A stretch of DNA of 64,000 bases from NCBI GenBank assembly GCA_040514295.1, contig JBEVCE010000039.1, forward strand, positions 29,524-93,523, written 5' to 3'. This DNA comes from Pyrodictiaceae archaeon. Lineage in GTDB: Archaea > Thermoproteota > Thermoprotei_A > Sulfolobales > Pyrodictiaceae. Of this stretch, positions 1 through 8,500 are shown in pieces; positions within the stretch are counted from its first letter, which is position 1, and each line of letters opens with the position of its first letter. The notes beneath the pieces were generated by a model. The model worked only from the letters and a program-made list of their open reading frames with translations, searched no databases and was not told the origin of the DNA. The position numbers and the translations under genes were made by a program.

Positions 1-1173
1 TGTGATGTTGGCAAGTTCCTTGACGGCGAGGCTCGTGTTTATGGGTTTAGATCCCAGCCCGAGGTATAATATCCTGTAGATGTAGGAGTTCATGGCCAGG
101 TATATGTTGCCGTCGGCCGTCATATACATTACTGTTGTTGTGGGGCCTAAGATGGTAAGTGTATCCATACTCCACTTGTCTAAGTCTATGGCTGTGATAA
201 TCGTGTAGGCCTCGGGCCTGCCTATGATGAAGGTCTTATTAGGGTTTATGGGTTCGTTGTTTACTCTTGGCAGGATGATCCCGCCGGCTATCCTAGGCTC
301 AGCCCTGGTGACTATGACTAGCTTGCTTCCCAGTAGTCGGCTACCCCTAGGATAGCCGTCGATGCTAGTGACTTCGACTACTCCCTCCCCGGGCTTGTAG
401 AGGATTATCCAGGTTCTTGGTAGCAAGTTCCACCAAGCATAGCCCCTATACTCCCTCGCTATTATCACGAGCTTATCCTTGTAAGCGTAGAGGCCTATTA
501 TCGAGAACCTTGGCTTAACAAACCCTATGGTGGTTGTTCTACCATCCTCGACTAGTAATAGCTTGGACTCGCCCACGAGTGGCGCTAGTAGCTTGTTTAT
601 ATCAATCTCCTCTACCTTCTCTAGCTTATTCGGCGGGTAAGCCCTAAATATTCTCGCCTTGTCCCATGACGCCACGTATATTAGGGTCCCATTAGTCTTC
701 ACTATGTCCTGTTCATCAACCCCCTTTACCTGTACATTCGTCTTAGAGTACTCTAGTCCACCAGCCGTGGTAGTAGGGGCTGTCACTGTAGCTGTGGTGG
801 CTATAGGTGCTGGTGCACCCGTCACGGGCATACCCATAGTGGGAGCCGTGTATACCAATAGCTTGACTGGCAGCATAGCCTCTGGCGCAAGCTCTTCCAC
901 GATCTCGGCTAGTGCACGGAGGCTAGCCGGCTTAAGACCGAAGGCTGTTGGCTCCAACAAGCTGGCGTTATTAGCAGCTCCTATACGCCCTCCTTGGCCA
1001 CCGGACTGGACTACGGTCACGTACTCGGTCTTAGTAATAGTTGTTGTGGCTGATAGCGTCACCGGATTCTGCCGGGCTAGGAGAACAACAGCTGTGAGCA
1101 CGATGGCAACCAATAATAGTCCTAGGGCTAAGACTATTCCACTATCTTTAGATAATCCCTCAGAGTACTCCAT
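1..1173 (-). CDS. Membrane-anchored or secreted beta-propeller domain protein (COG4880 / Beta_propel-like); C-terminus runs off the window
   Basis: Absent from the ORF track because it is open at the window edge. I translated the minus strand from the ATG at complement 1171-1173 and found 391 codons with no stop down to base 1. The product starts MEYSEGLSKDSGIVLALGLLLVAIVLTAVVLLARQ (signal anchor) and continues ...GGLEYSKTNVQVKGVDEQDIVKTNGTLIYVASWDKARIF... The YSxTNxQxxGVDExDxVKTxG block is the signature I recall for this family. The + ORF 659..1204 is its low-complexity shadow. Confidence 0.7.
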   Translation of the reverse strand, partial: MEYSEGLSKDSGIVLALGLLLVAIVLTAVVLLARQNPVTLSATTTITKTEYVTVVQSGGQGGRIGAANNASLLEPTAFGLKPASLRALAEIVEELAPEAMLPVKLLVYTAPTMGMPVTGAPAPIATTATVTAPTTTAGGLEYSKTNVQVKGVDEQDIVKTNGTLIYVASWDKARIFRAYPPNKLEKVEEIDINKLLAPLVGESKLLLVEDGRTTTIGFVKPRFSIIGLYAYKDKLVIIAREYRGYAWWNLLPRTWIILYKPGEGVVEVTSIDGYPRGSRLLGSKLVIVTRAEPRIAGGIILPRVNNEPINPNKTFIIGRPEAYTIITAIDLDKWSMDTLTILGPTTTVMYMTADGNIYLAMNSYIYRILYLGLGSKPINTSLAVKELANIT

Positions 1174-1306
1174 GATAACCTACCCTGGCGTTTGCCACTC
1201 TTAGCCCTAGCAGCCGGTACCTAGATAACACGATGCTCTAGTCTAGGGTGTTCGAAGCTCTAGTACTATAATCCTGGTCTAGCTATCGTTTTCCTGGAGT
1301 TGACGG

Positions 1307-2041
1307 GTGTTGGCGGAGAAGGCTGGGCTACCAGCACTAGCTATTATCGCTACTCTACTAGTCCTGGTCGTAGCCTCTAGCCTAGCGGGTGGCGCTGGGC
1401 AGGCTATCGAGGAGAGAACCTACACCTACCAGGTGACTATTACAAGAGAAATCCCTGTCCCTCATGGCGGGATTCCTCTTCCATGGGGAAGCATAGCCTA
1501 TGCCTGCAAGACGGCTAAGGGGGTCTATGCGCTAGTAAACATTACTGGCAATAAGACGCTGATAGTATTTTACACAATGCATTCCGATATCGCTGGGAAG
1601 CTAAGGGAGTACGCCGCTAGGTGCCTGGAGGAGATCATAGCTGGCGGCTTCCCCTCCAGCATACTAGTCCTCAGGAAGACTACGACAGTTACCCCGACAT
1701 ATACCGTCATGTCTATCTCTACAACCACTAAGACTCCAGCAGTCTCAGCGACCCCCCTTGTAGCATCGAGTACCACAACAAAGACTATTACTGGTGCCCG
1801 GAACCCTCCTTCCACGGCAACAGCTACAGGTAAAGCTGTACCAGCAACCCCTAGCCATACTACAGCCCACGGGGAAGCATCATCCTCTATGATACGGACA
1901 TGGATCACAGGGCCAGCCACAACTAGGGTGACTAGCCTAGCGCCTCTAGAGGAGCCAGCCACGCGCCTAGCTATAATATTCTCGGTTAGTGTTCTAGCCT
2001 CCCTGGCTACACTAGTAGCCTGGAGGAGGCTAGGCTGGTGA
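1307..2041 (+). CDS. Hypothetical surface protein with N-terminal signal anchor, Thr/Ser-rich linker and C-terminal TM anchor
   Basis: GTG start. N-terminal hydrophobic stretch LPALAIIATLLVLVVASSLAGG, a Thr-rich tract (TTTVTPTYTVMSISTTTKTPAVSATPLVASSTTTKT) and a C-terminal TM (LAIIFSVSVLASLATLVAW). The stop overlaps the next start (GTGA). I recognise no family. Confidence 0.55.
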   Translation: MLAEKAGLPALAIIATLLVLVVASSLAGGAGQAIEERTYTYQVTITREIPVPHGGIPLPWGSIAYACKTAKGVYALVNITGNKTLIVFYTMHSDIAGKLREYAARCLEEIIAGGFPSSILVLRKTTTVTPTYTVMSISTTTKTPAVSATPLVASSTTTKTITGARNPPSTATATGKAVPATPSHTTAHGEASSSMIRTWITGPATTRVTSLAPLEEPATRLAIIFSVSVLASLATLVAWRRLGW

Positions 2042-2493
2042 AGAAGGTGGGAGAGGATAGTGGCGGAGCCAGCGAGGACAAGGACCCACTAGAGGTGCTC
2101 GGGGGCACGGGGCTCCGGGTATACCTGTTCATGCTTAGAGCCAAGAGGCCCCTAGGTGTCCGTGAGCTTCAAAGGAGGCTAGGCTTCAAAAGCCCTAGCA
2201 CCGCGAAGCACCACCTTGAGAGACTTGTCTTGCTGGGACTAGCCGAGAAGAAGGGCAATGGCTATGTAGCTAGAAGGCCTAGGGGGATACTGGCAGCCTA
2301 TATAGTGCTGGCTGGGAGGCTTGTACCGCGCAGCCTAGTGACAGCAGTGTTCTCGGCTACAGCCACAGTAGCCTATGCTCTCCTGCCGGGCTCGGATCCG
2401 ATAGCAGTGATCGTGCTAGCAGTAATCACGCTCCTATTACTATATGATGCCCTAGACTCCTATAGATCAGCTAAGAAGCTGATGCGAGCATAG
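2038..2493 (+). CDS. Membrane-tethered winged-helix (wHTH) transcription-regulator-like protein
   Basis: N-terminal wHTH-like segment LRVYLFMLRAKRPLGVRELQRRLGFKSPSTAKHHLERLVLLGLAEKKGNGYV, followed by two predicted TM helices (LVTAVFSATATVAYALL, IAVIVLAVITLLLLY). 4-nt overlap with the upstream ORF. Confidence 0.6.
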   Translation: MKKVGEDSGGASEDKDPLEVLGGTGLRVYLFMLRAKRPLGVRELQRRLGFKSPSTAKHHLERLVLLGLAEKKGNGYVARRPRGILAAYIVLAGRLVPRSLVTAVFSATATVAYALLPGSDPIAVIVLAVITLLLLYDALDSYRSAKKLMRA

Positions 2494-2499
2494 GGTCTT

Positions 2500-2725
2500 A
2501 AAGAGGAAGGGGTGTACGGCGCCCAGACGGGCCGTAGGCTCATCCCGCTGCCAGCGGCAGCGTCGCCTACGGGGAGCCGCCAGGAGGCTAATACTTTGGT
2601 AGGAGACCAGATATCCTTATCGGCTATGGCTAGGATTCTACAGGGCTCGTTGGCCTTCCCCGTTCACGCCTGAGATGTAGATATCTGGCGTGTCCCGGGG
2701 CTTCTTGGCAAGCCCGTATCAGCTG
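2500..2725. ncRNA. Candidate structured non-coding RNA of unknown class
   Basis: No ORF of 60 aa or more on either strand. Nested perfect helices: CCGTAGGC (2532-2539) pairs with GCCTACGG (2565-2572), enclosing GCTGCC-AGC-GGCAGC (2547-2561). Long-range pair CCAGATATC (2607-2615) with GATATCTGG (2680-2688). Hairpin GGGCTT-CTTGGC-AAGCCC (2698-2715). A TTTATA box reads on the minus strand at 2726-2731 just outside the hairpin. Strand and class are unresolved, and I could not find SRP RNA or RNase P signature motifs. Confidence 0.25.
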
Positions 2726-2738
2726 TATAAATTATCTT

Positions 2739-2792
2739 CCCTAGGCCCTTTGCCTAGGGCTATGTGGCTGACAACATAATATAACATAATAT
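2739..2792. repeat. Perfect 8-bp hairpin followed by a tandem 10-mer (AACATAATAT x2)
   Basis: CCCTAGGC (2739-2746), a 5-nt loop, then GCCTAGGG (2752-2759). AACATAATAT occurs at 2773-2782 and is repeated exactly at 2783-2792. The tandem repeat is flanked by GACA...TGTC. Confidence 0.85.
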
Positions 2793-3315
2793 TGTCGTGT
2801 TCTTCTTCGGTGCTATTCTTATGGCCTTCCCCTCCAATCCAGACCCTAGGGAGTAGAGGCTGGAGCTGTACTTGCCGAGGAGCTGCTTATTGGTAGGCAG
2901 GGCTCCTCAGCACCATAGGCGCCGCCTTCTACAATAGGAGTTCGGGGCGGCTAGCCTTACCAGCCCCTAGCATAGTCGCCCTCGACCTTTATGACTTTAT
3001 TGCATTGCTATAGTTCTTCTACAGAAGTCACCCCGCTACAACACTAGCATCGTCAACTATGCTCCTCCCTCCAAGACCTACCAACCTTTTCGCTAAGCTA
3101 GCCACTCGTAGGCATCCCCCATAGCATTATTATTGAGGAGTACTGCCTTAGCTAGATCCCTATCCTCCCGCCATGGCCGTTCTGTTTCAGCGAATAAGGC
3201 TAAAGCCTCCTCATCTTCTCCTTGAGACTGGCGTCTATGCGTCTAGGGGGCTGGCTAGAGGAGATGGTGAAGTGGCATACTGTTATGCGTTAAAGTGTTC
3301 TACTCTAACCAAGTG

Positions 3316-4602
3316 CTATGTCTTCTCCCTCACTCTAGCCCCTAGCAATTGTAGGTTCTCTAGGATCCTAGAAGATATGGCGTTAGGATCTATATCCTCT
3401 AGTACGATTCTCCTAGAGGCTGAGGCTGCTAGCCCTACTAGTATAGCGGTGCATAGTTCCTGGGGTTGTTGGCTACAATCTATTCGCGTCCTAGGCTCTC
3501 TCACCCCCTTTATACTCAGCCTTCCATCCTCGTAGTCAGCCTCCATCCCTGAAGCCGATAATAGCCTCCCATGCCTGCCGAGGTCTATGCCCTCCTCGCT
3601 TAAAGCAGCTAGACCTGTAAGCGTGAAGCTAGCTCGGCTCGCTAGGCTATATGCTATTAGTGGTATGGATAAATGGGGGTAGTTTGAAAGGTTTGCTATG
3701 AGGCTCCTAGGCTCTGAGCCCACGGCCTTGATAATGCCTCTTCCCTGCTCCACCTCTAGACCAGCTGCATGTAGGAACTCCACTATGTCCTCCTCTCCGG
3801 CTAGCTCCCTAGGTAGCCCCCTCACAACCACCTCCCCCTCCACACCAGCAGCTGCTAGGATGAGGCCAGCCTCCATAAACCCTCTAGGAGTCTTGACTCT
3901 TGCCTCGGCCCCTCCGAGCCCCTTAACTTCAACCAAGCCCTCCCTAACAGTGACGTGTATCCCCGCCTCCTCCACCAGCCTAGCCGTGGCCATAAGCCTA
4001 GAGTGTAGCTTGAGGCCGGGTTGATACCTGAGAACTCCTCCCCGAGAAGCTGCCAGAGCGAGTAGCAGCGTGGATGCTATTAAGCCATTGCTACCAGCAG
4101 GGAGGGTTATCATGGTGGCTGTAGGCCTTAGAGGCTTCCCGTGGGCCTCAATAACTATGAGCCTCGAGGCTGATTCTCCGGGCCATATTCTAGCTCCTAG
4201 CGCTGATAGAGCCGATACGAGCCCGTGTACGTTTATGCTTGTGAGCCAGGGGCAGTGAGAGCGCAGGACTATTGTCGTGCCGGGCCGAGCCCTAGCCCAG
4301 GCCACGAGAGGCAGAGTATATGCTAGTAGCCCGCTACAGCCTATATCCAGTAGTATTCGTCTAGGAACTTCAGCTGGCGGCGAGGACCCGACGACCACCC
4401 TATCGCCATACGCTTCTACATCCAGCCCTATCCTCCTTAGCGCTGACACGAATAGCCTTATAGGGGTTGCGGCCACGTCTACACCCTCAACCTCACCACC
4501 GAGAAGCCCTATGAGAGCTATGCCGTAGAGACTAAGAAAGAGTGATGGTGGAGCCTCTACAGACCCCTTAATCCTCTCAGGCTTATCCACTATTATCCTC
4601 AA
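3316..4602 (-). CDS. EPSP synthase (3-phosphoshikimate 1-carboxyvinyltransferase) fold protein, divergent, with predicted catalytic residues apparently substituted
   Basis: At 428 aa, length and overall colinearity match AroA by eye alignment. Blocks compared: IKGSVEAPPSLFLSLYGIALIGL vs LPGSKSVSNRALLLAAL; LDIGCSGLLAYTLPL vs LGNAGTAMRPL; NYPHLSIPLIAYSLAS vs HIPDAAMTIATAALFA. Residues at the K22, R27, R100, D313, R344 and R386 positions appear replaced (see finding). Confidence 0.7.
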   Translation of the reverse strand: MRIIVDKPERIKGSVEAPPSLFLSLYGIALIGLLGGEVEGVDVAATPIRLFVSALRRIGLDVEAYGDRVVVGSSPPAEVPRRILLDIGCSGLLAYTLPLVAWARARPGTTIVLRSHCPWLTSINVHGLVSALSALGARIWPGESASRLIVIEAHGKPLRPTATMITLPAGSNGLIASTLLLALAASRGGVLRYQPGLKLHSRLMATARLVEEAGIHVTVREGLVEVKGLGGAEARVKTPRGFMEAGLILAAAGVEGEVVVRGLPRELAGEEDIVEFLHAAGLEVEQGRGIIKAVGSEPRSLIANLSNYPHLSIPLIAYSLASRASFTLTGLAALSEEGIDLGRHGRLLSASGMEADYEDGRLSIKGVREPRTRIDCSQQPQELCTAILVGLAASASRRIVLEDIDPNAISSRILENLQLLGARVREKT

Positions 4603-4631
4603 GGCCAGCCCCCAGAGGCAAGATAAGAAGG

Positions 4632-5970
4632 CTAGTAGATGAGCCTCCTAGCAAACTTGTAGAAGAATCTACGATAAAGTGCTATGAATACTATCGTTCC
4701 CAGGGCTAGGTCGATGTCCATTGCTATCCAGGCTCCTAGAGCGCAGAGCCCTGGAGGCATTAAATGGGATAGGACGCATGCTGGTACTACGTGGAAGCTG
4801 TAGAGCCCTAATATTGACGAGGCTTGGGACAAGAGCGTTTCCTGCACCTCTAATAGAGCCTGCAAGGCTCATGACCATGCCTAAGGCTGGTTCGCTAACC
4901 CCTGCTAGCAGCAGGTAGGGCATGGCCGGAAAAGCTACTCTCCTGTTCCTGTGAACACAAGCGGAGCTACGGGGGAAATGGCTACGAGGAGTCCACCTAC
5001 AAGGGCCATGAAGATTGTTGATGCCTTTGAAGCCTCCCAGCCTATACGTATAGCTTCACGGAGATTACCTTGCCCTATCTCCTGGCCTGTGAAACTCGAG
5101 GCAGCTGTAGCCATGGAGGATGCTGGTGAGAATGCGAATGACTCGATCCTAACGCCTATGGTGGTACGGCTAGTGCGTTAGAGCAGCATCCAGCTATGCT
5201 ACCGAGATAAGCTAGGTTGCCAGCAGTAAATACTATCCTCTTTACTAGGGCGGGGAGCCAGGCTCGTAGAGATTTTGACGCTAGTCTACCATGTGTCCGA
5301 GGACGTGTTGGAATGGGAGGAGCTTGTAGGCTAGCAGCCCTCCAAGGCTAGCATCAAACACACTATTGCTATGACGCTTGCAGCAGCCCCTTTAACCCCC
5401 ATGGCTGGAAGGCCTGCAAGACCATATATCATTAATGGATCTAGCACGGCGTTGAGAGTCGAGGCAGTGGCCATGGAGAATATTATCGGCTTTGTAGTGC
5501 CCACAGCCCTGAAACTAGCATTATACACCTACATCATGGCGGCAGGTAGTAGGCCTAGCAGCCCAACATGTAGGTAGCCTAAGGAGAGCTGGTATACAAT
5601 GCCTCTATCCACGCCTAATACAAGGCTCATCAACCCGAAATAAGGTAGCCAGCAGCCGTCATCGGTACTGATAGGAATACTGCTGTTGATCAAGCCTCGT
5701 CTACAACACGCCCAGCCTCCTCTAGCTTTTCAGCACCATAGGCTTGTGCCTATTAGAACTAGTATGCCCGTAAAGAATAGCTGGTTTATTACGAAGAACG
5801 TCCATGACGCGTAACCACCGCACCTACAGCTGCAAGCGCTTTATCGCCTAGCCCTGATACGAAGAATACGCCAGTTATCCGGAGCACGCTATCAAGCATC
5901 CTACTATGAGCGGCCATGCCATGCTCCACGTCCCTTGCAGGAACTCCCTATTAACGAGCCATGATAGCAT
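4632..5970 (-). pseudogene. MATE-family efflux transporter pseudogene with multiple frameshifts and stops
   Basis: Minus-strand fragments in different frames all read as MATE sequence. They are MLSWLVNREFLQGTWSMAWPLIVG / GMLDSVLRITGVFFVSGLGDKALAAVGA / GGYASWTFFVINQLFFTGILVLIG / YGAEKLEEAGRVVDEA* / MYNASFRAVGTTKPIIFSMATASTLNAVLDPLMIYGLAGLPAMGVKGAAAS / PYLLLAGVSEPALGMVMSLAGSIRGAGNALVPSLVNI / C-terminal 77-aa ORF. The track shows only short ORFs on both strands here. Confidence 0.75.
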
Positions 5971-6029
5971 AAGGCTACACACTAGGAGGAGCTAGCTGGA
6001 GGAGTGGGACTATATGGCTTACCTCCGGG

Positions 6030-7133
6030 CTAGAATATGCTTGTCCAGCGTGGTACTTTGAGTACAGGTCTACCCCTCATATTAATCTTATAGCCGCATC
6101 TAGGGCACCTACCATCGCTCGTCAAATTATACTCCACAACCGTGTAGCCACTCCTCCTCACGAGTATCTTGCCGCAACGTGGGCACCTCGTATACTCGTA
6201 CTCCTCGTAGGGAGTGTTGCCTATATAGACATACTCTATGCCCTCCTTTCTCGCCTTCCTATACACTGATAGCAGCTTTTCAATGCTGGTTGGTGGTTCG
6301 TGATACCTGTTAGCAGGGTAGTAGCGGTTGACATGAAGAGGTATATCAGGTCCTAGCAGGTCTAGGTGTTTCCCTATAACCCATTCTATGCAGTCCTCGC
6401 CATCATTAGCGCCCGGGATGACGAGGAAGACCATTTCTACGTGGGCCCCCATATCTATTAGTTTCTTCGCGTTACGGTAAACGTACTCTGGGTTTGCTGC
6501 CAGAAACCTACGATAAGTCTCTGGGCAACCCTTGATGTCAATACTGTAGCCATCTATCCCCGCCTCTATGAGCTCCTTAAGGGCCTTGAACGTCATATAG
6601 CCGTTTGTAACCATTGTAGCATAGAGCCCCCTCTTCCTGGCCTCGATGGCCGCGTCGACTACATACTCGAAGTGTATGAGGGGCTCATTGAAGCTGGCAC
6701 AGATGCCCTCATCACCTAGCTTCCTAGCATACTCAGCGAGCTCCCATGGCTCCATGTATATGCTTAGCTGGGGTCTTGGCCTGCTCCACGACAAGTGGTA
6801 ATTCTGACACCACGGGCATCTGAAGTTACAGCCCCAGCCGCTAAAGGTTAGCGCTGTGCTCCCAGGCCAGTAGTGGAAGAGCGGCTTTATCTCAATAGGC
6901 CTACTCTCGACAGCGCTTAGAAGCCCATAAGTCGTTACATAGAGTCTACCCTCCTTCATAACCCTATTACGACAGTAGGCCTCGACAGACTCCCCTAACA
7001 CGCACCTACGCTCGCACACGAGGCAACGTGCAAGGCTTCTACCAGATAACGTGACGCGCTCCCATAGCCTTGCAGGCCTAACTGTAAGCTTCTTGTTGTA
7101 GGCTTCTTCGCCGGATAATGGCATTAGGCTCAC
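6030..7133 (-). CDS. Radical SAM enzyme, AmmeMemoRadiSam-system type (PflA-like activase family)
   Basis: CX3CX2C motif GWGCNFRCPWCQN. N-terminal Cys cluster CLVCERRCVLGESVEAYCRNR. C-terminal zinc-ribbon-like CPRCGKILV...CPRCGYKI. This layout matches what I recall for TIGR04337-type enzymes. Confidence 0.75.
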   Translation of the reverse strand: MSLMPLSGEEAYNKKLTVRPARLWERVTLSGRSLARCLVCERRCVLGESVEAYCRNRVMKEGRLYVTTYGLLSAVESRPIEIKPLFHYWPGSTALTFSGWGCNFRCPWCQNYHLSWSRPRPQLSIYMEPWELAEYARKLGDEGICASFNEPLIHFEYVVDAAIEARKRGLYATMVTNGYMTFKALKELIEAGIDGYSIDIKGCPETYRRFLAANPEYVYRNAKKLIDMGAHVEMVFLVIPGANDGEDCIEWVIGKHLDLLGPDIPLHVNRYYPANRYHEPPTSIEKLLSVYRKARKEGIEYVYIGNTPYEEYEYTRCPRCGKILVRRSGYTVVEYNLTSDGRCPRCGYKINMRGRPVLKVPRWTSIF

Positions 7134-7279
7134 CGTGGTCTGAAATCCTCTGGGGGAACAAGGTAGCGGGAAAGCTATTATTTCGGTATGGTTTTTGGCG
7201 GCTGGGGGGTTATCGTTTTAAGCCTTGTAAGCCCACCTAGTGGTGTAGCGTATGTGCGCTTTTAGGAGTATGCCTCACG

Positions 7280-8500
7280 GTGCCAGCAGCCATGGCTAAC
7301 AGGGTTGCATTAGTCTTATCACTATCTGTGTTCCTATTCTTTGCTGCAACTATGGGGCTTGGATCCATAATAACCAGGTACGCTGATTATCTGGGTGCAG
7401 GTGCTACGGAGGCTGGGGCAGTATACTCAGTAGCCTCTCTCATTAGCGCCTCTCTAAGAATCCCTATAGGCATGCTGGCGGATCGGTTTGGCAGCGTGCC
7501 CTTCATGGTACTAGGCTTAGCCTTCTCAGGTATAGCGGGATTGGCGGCAGCCATGTCTACTAGCGTCGCTCATCTCTACCTAGTTAGGGGGATCCAGGGT
7601 CTAGGCATAGCATCGTATATCGCTCCCTCGATAGCAGTAGCATCACTCCTAGCTAAGGATGTCAGGGATACTGCGAGGATCCTTTCATACCGGTCGGCCT
7701 CGATATCGTTGGCCCTAATAGCTTCTCCCCCTATTGCAGCCTGGCTGGTCGATAACATTAGCTTCCAAGCAGCCTTCCTATACGTGCTAGCAGTATCCCT
7801 AGTGGGGATACCTGTCACGCTGATCCTATTACGCTGGACTCCTAGGAGTAGGCTGGTAGCGGCTGGATCCAAGGCCTGGAGGAAGGCTCTGAGAAGAGAT
7901 GTTGTTAAAAGGAATGTAGCTATAGTAGTAGCTCTAGCGTTTCTCGACGGCTCAGTATTCATCTCCCTACAAGCTATACCGCAGTATGAGGTTGCGGAGA
8001 TAGGGTTGCCGGCCACTGTTTACGGTATGTTCCTAACACTTTACGGGGTTGCAAGCTTCTCCGCCAGAATATCCTCATATAGAGTCATGGACTCCATAGG
8101 CCCGATTAACACAATGATATTAGGCATTGGCTTCGAACTCTCCGGTGTCTCCCTCCTCTCTATAGTGCATGGATCTAGGCTGCTCCATCTCTTCTACATC
8201 TCCGGCATACTCTATGGGCTTGGCCTTGGCCTCCTTGTGCCCAGTGAACAGTATGTGCTCCTCTTAGGCGTCTCACGGGAGACGAGGAACACTATTGCAA
8301 GCCTTTACGCGGTAGGTGTTGATGTGGGAGGAGGTGTTGGGACTATAGCCTACTCGGCCATAGCCGATCTCCTAGGCTATACAGTGGCCTACCAGGCCAT
8401 GGCAGTAATTGAGTTGGTAGGACTCCTGTTAGTCATTCTAGGCCTAGCCCGTGGTGCTCCTCAACCCTCTATTCTCCGGCTTCCTGATTTACCCTCTTAG
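7280..8500 (+). CDS. MFS (major facilitator superfamily) transporter
   Basis: 406 aa with about 12 hydrophobic segments. MFS loop motif GMLADRFGSVP between TM2 and TM3. Confidence 0.8.
   Translation: MPAAMANRVALVLSLSVFLFFAATMGLGSIITRYADYLGAGATEAGAVYSVASLISASLRIPIGMLADRFGSVPFMVLGLAFSGIAGLAAAMSTSVAHLYLVRGIQGLGIASYIAPSIAVASLLAKDVRDTARILSYRSASISLALIASPPIAAWLVDNISFQAAFLYVLAVSLVGIPVTLILLRWTPRSRLVAAGSKAWRKALRRDVVKRNVAIVVALAFLDGSVFISLQAIPQYEVAEIGLPATVYGMFLTLYGVASFSARISSYRVMDSIGPINTMILGIGFELSGVSLLSIVHGSRLLHLFYISGILYGLGLGLLVPSEQYVLLLGVSRETRNTIASLYAVGVDVGGGVGTIAYSAIADLLGYTVAYQAMAVIELVGLLLVILGLARGAPQPSILRLPDLPS

Noticed and set aside
659-1204. 181-aa + strand ORF
   Set aside because: Low-complexity Ala/Val/Thr/Ser product lying entirely antisense to a 391-codon open frame with a recognisable beta-propeller-family signature. 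It is a shadow ORF.
2494-2725. Identification of the structured region as SRP (7S) RNA or RNase P RNA
   Set aside because: I could not find the conserved SRP helix-8 motif (GGAAGxxAGCA) or Alu-domain motif (UGUAAC). The RNase P CR-I/CR-V motifs (GAGGAAAGUCC etc.) are also missing. The ~200-nt span is too short for either, so it is kept only as an unclassified candidate.
3173-3535. 120-aa + strand ORF overlapping the 3' end of the aroA-like gene
   Set aside because: It has no motifs, overlaps a much longer fold-consistent gene on the other strand, and starts inside the decayed region.
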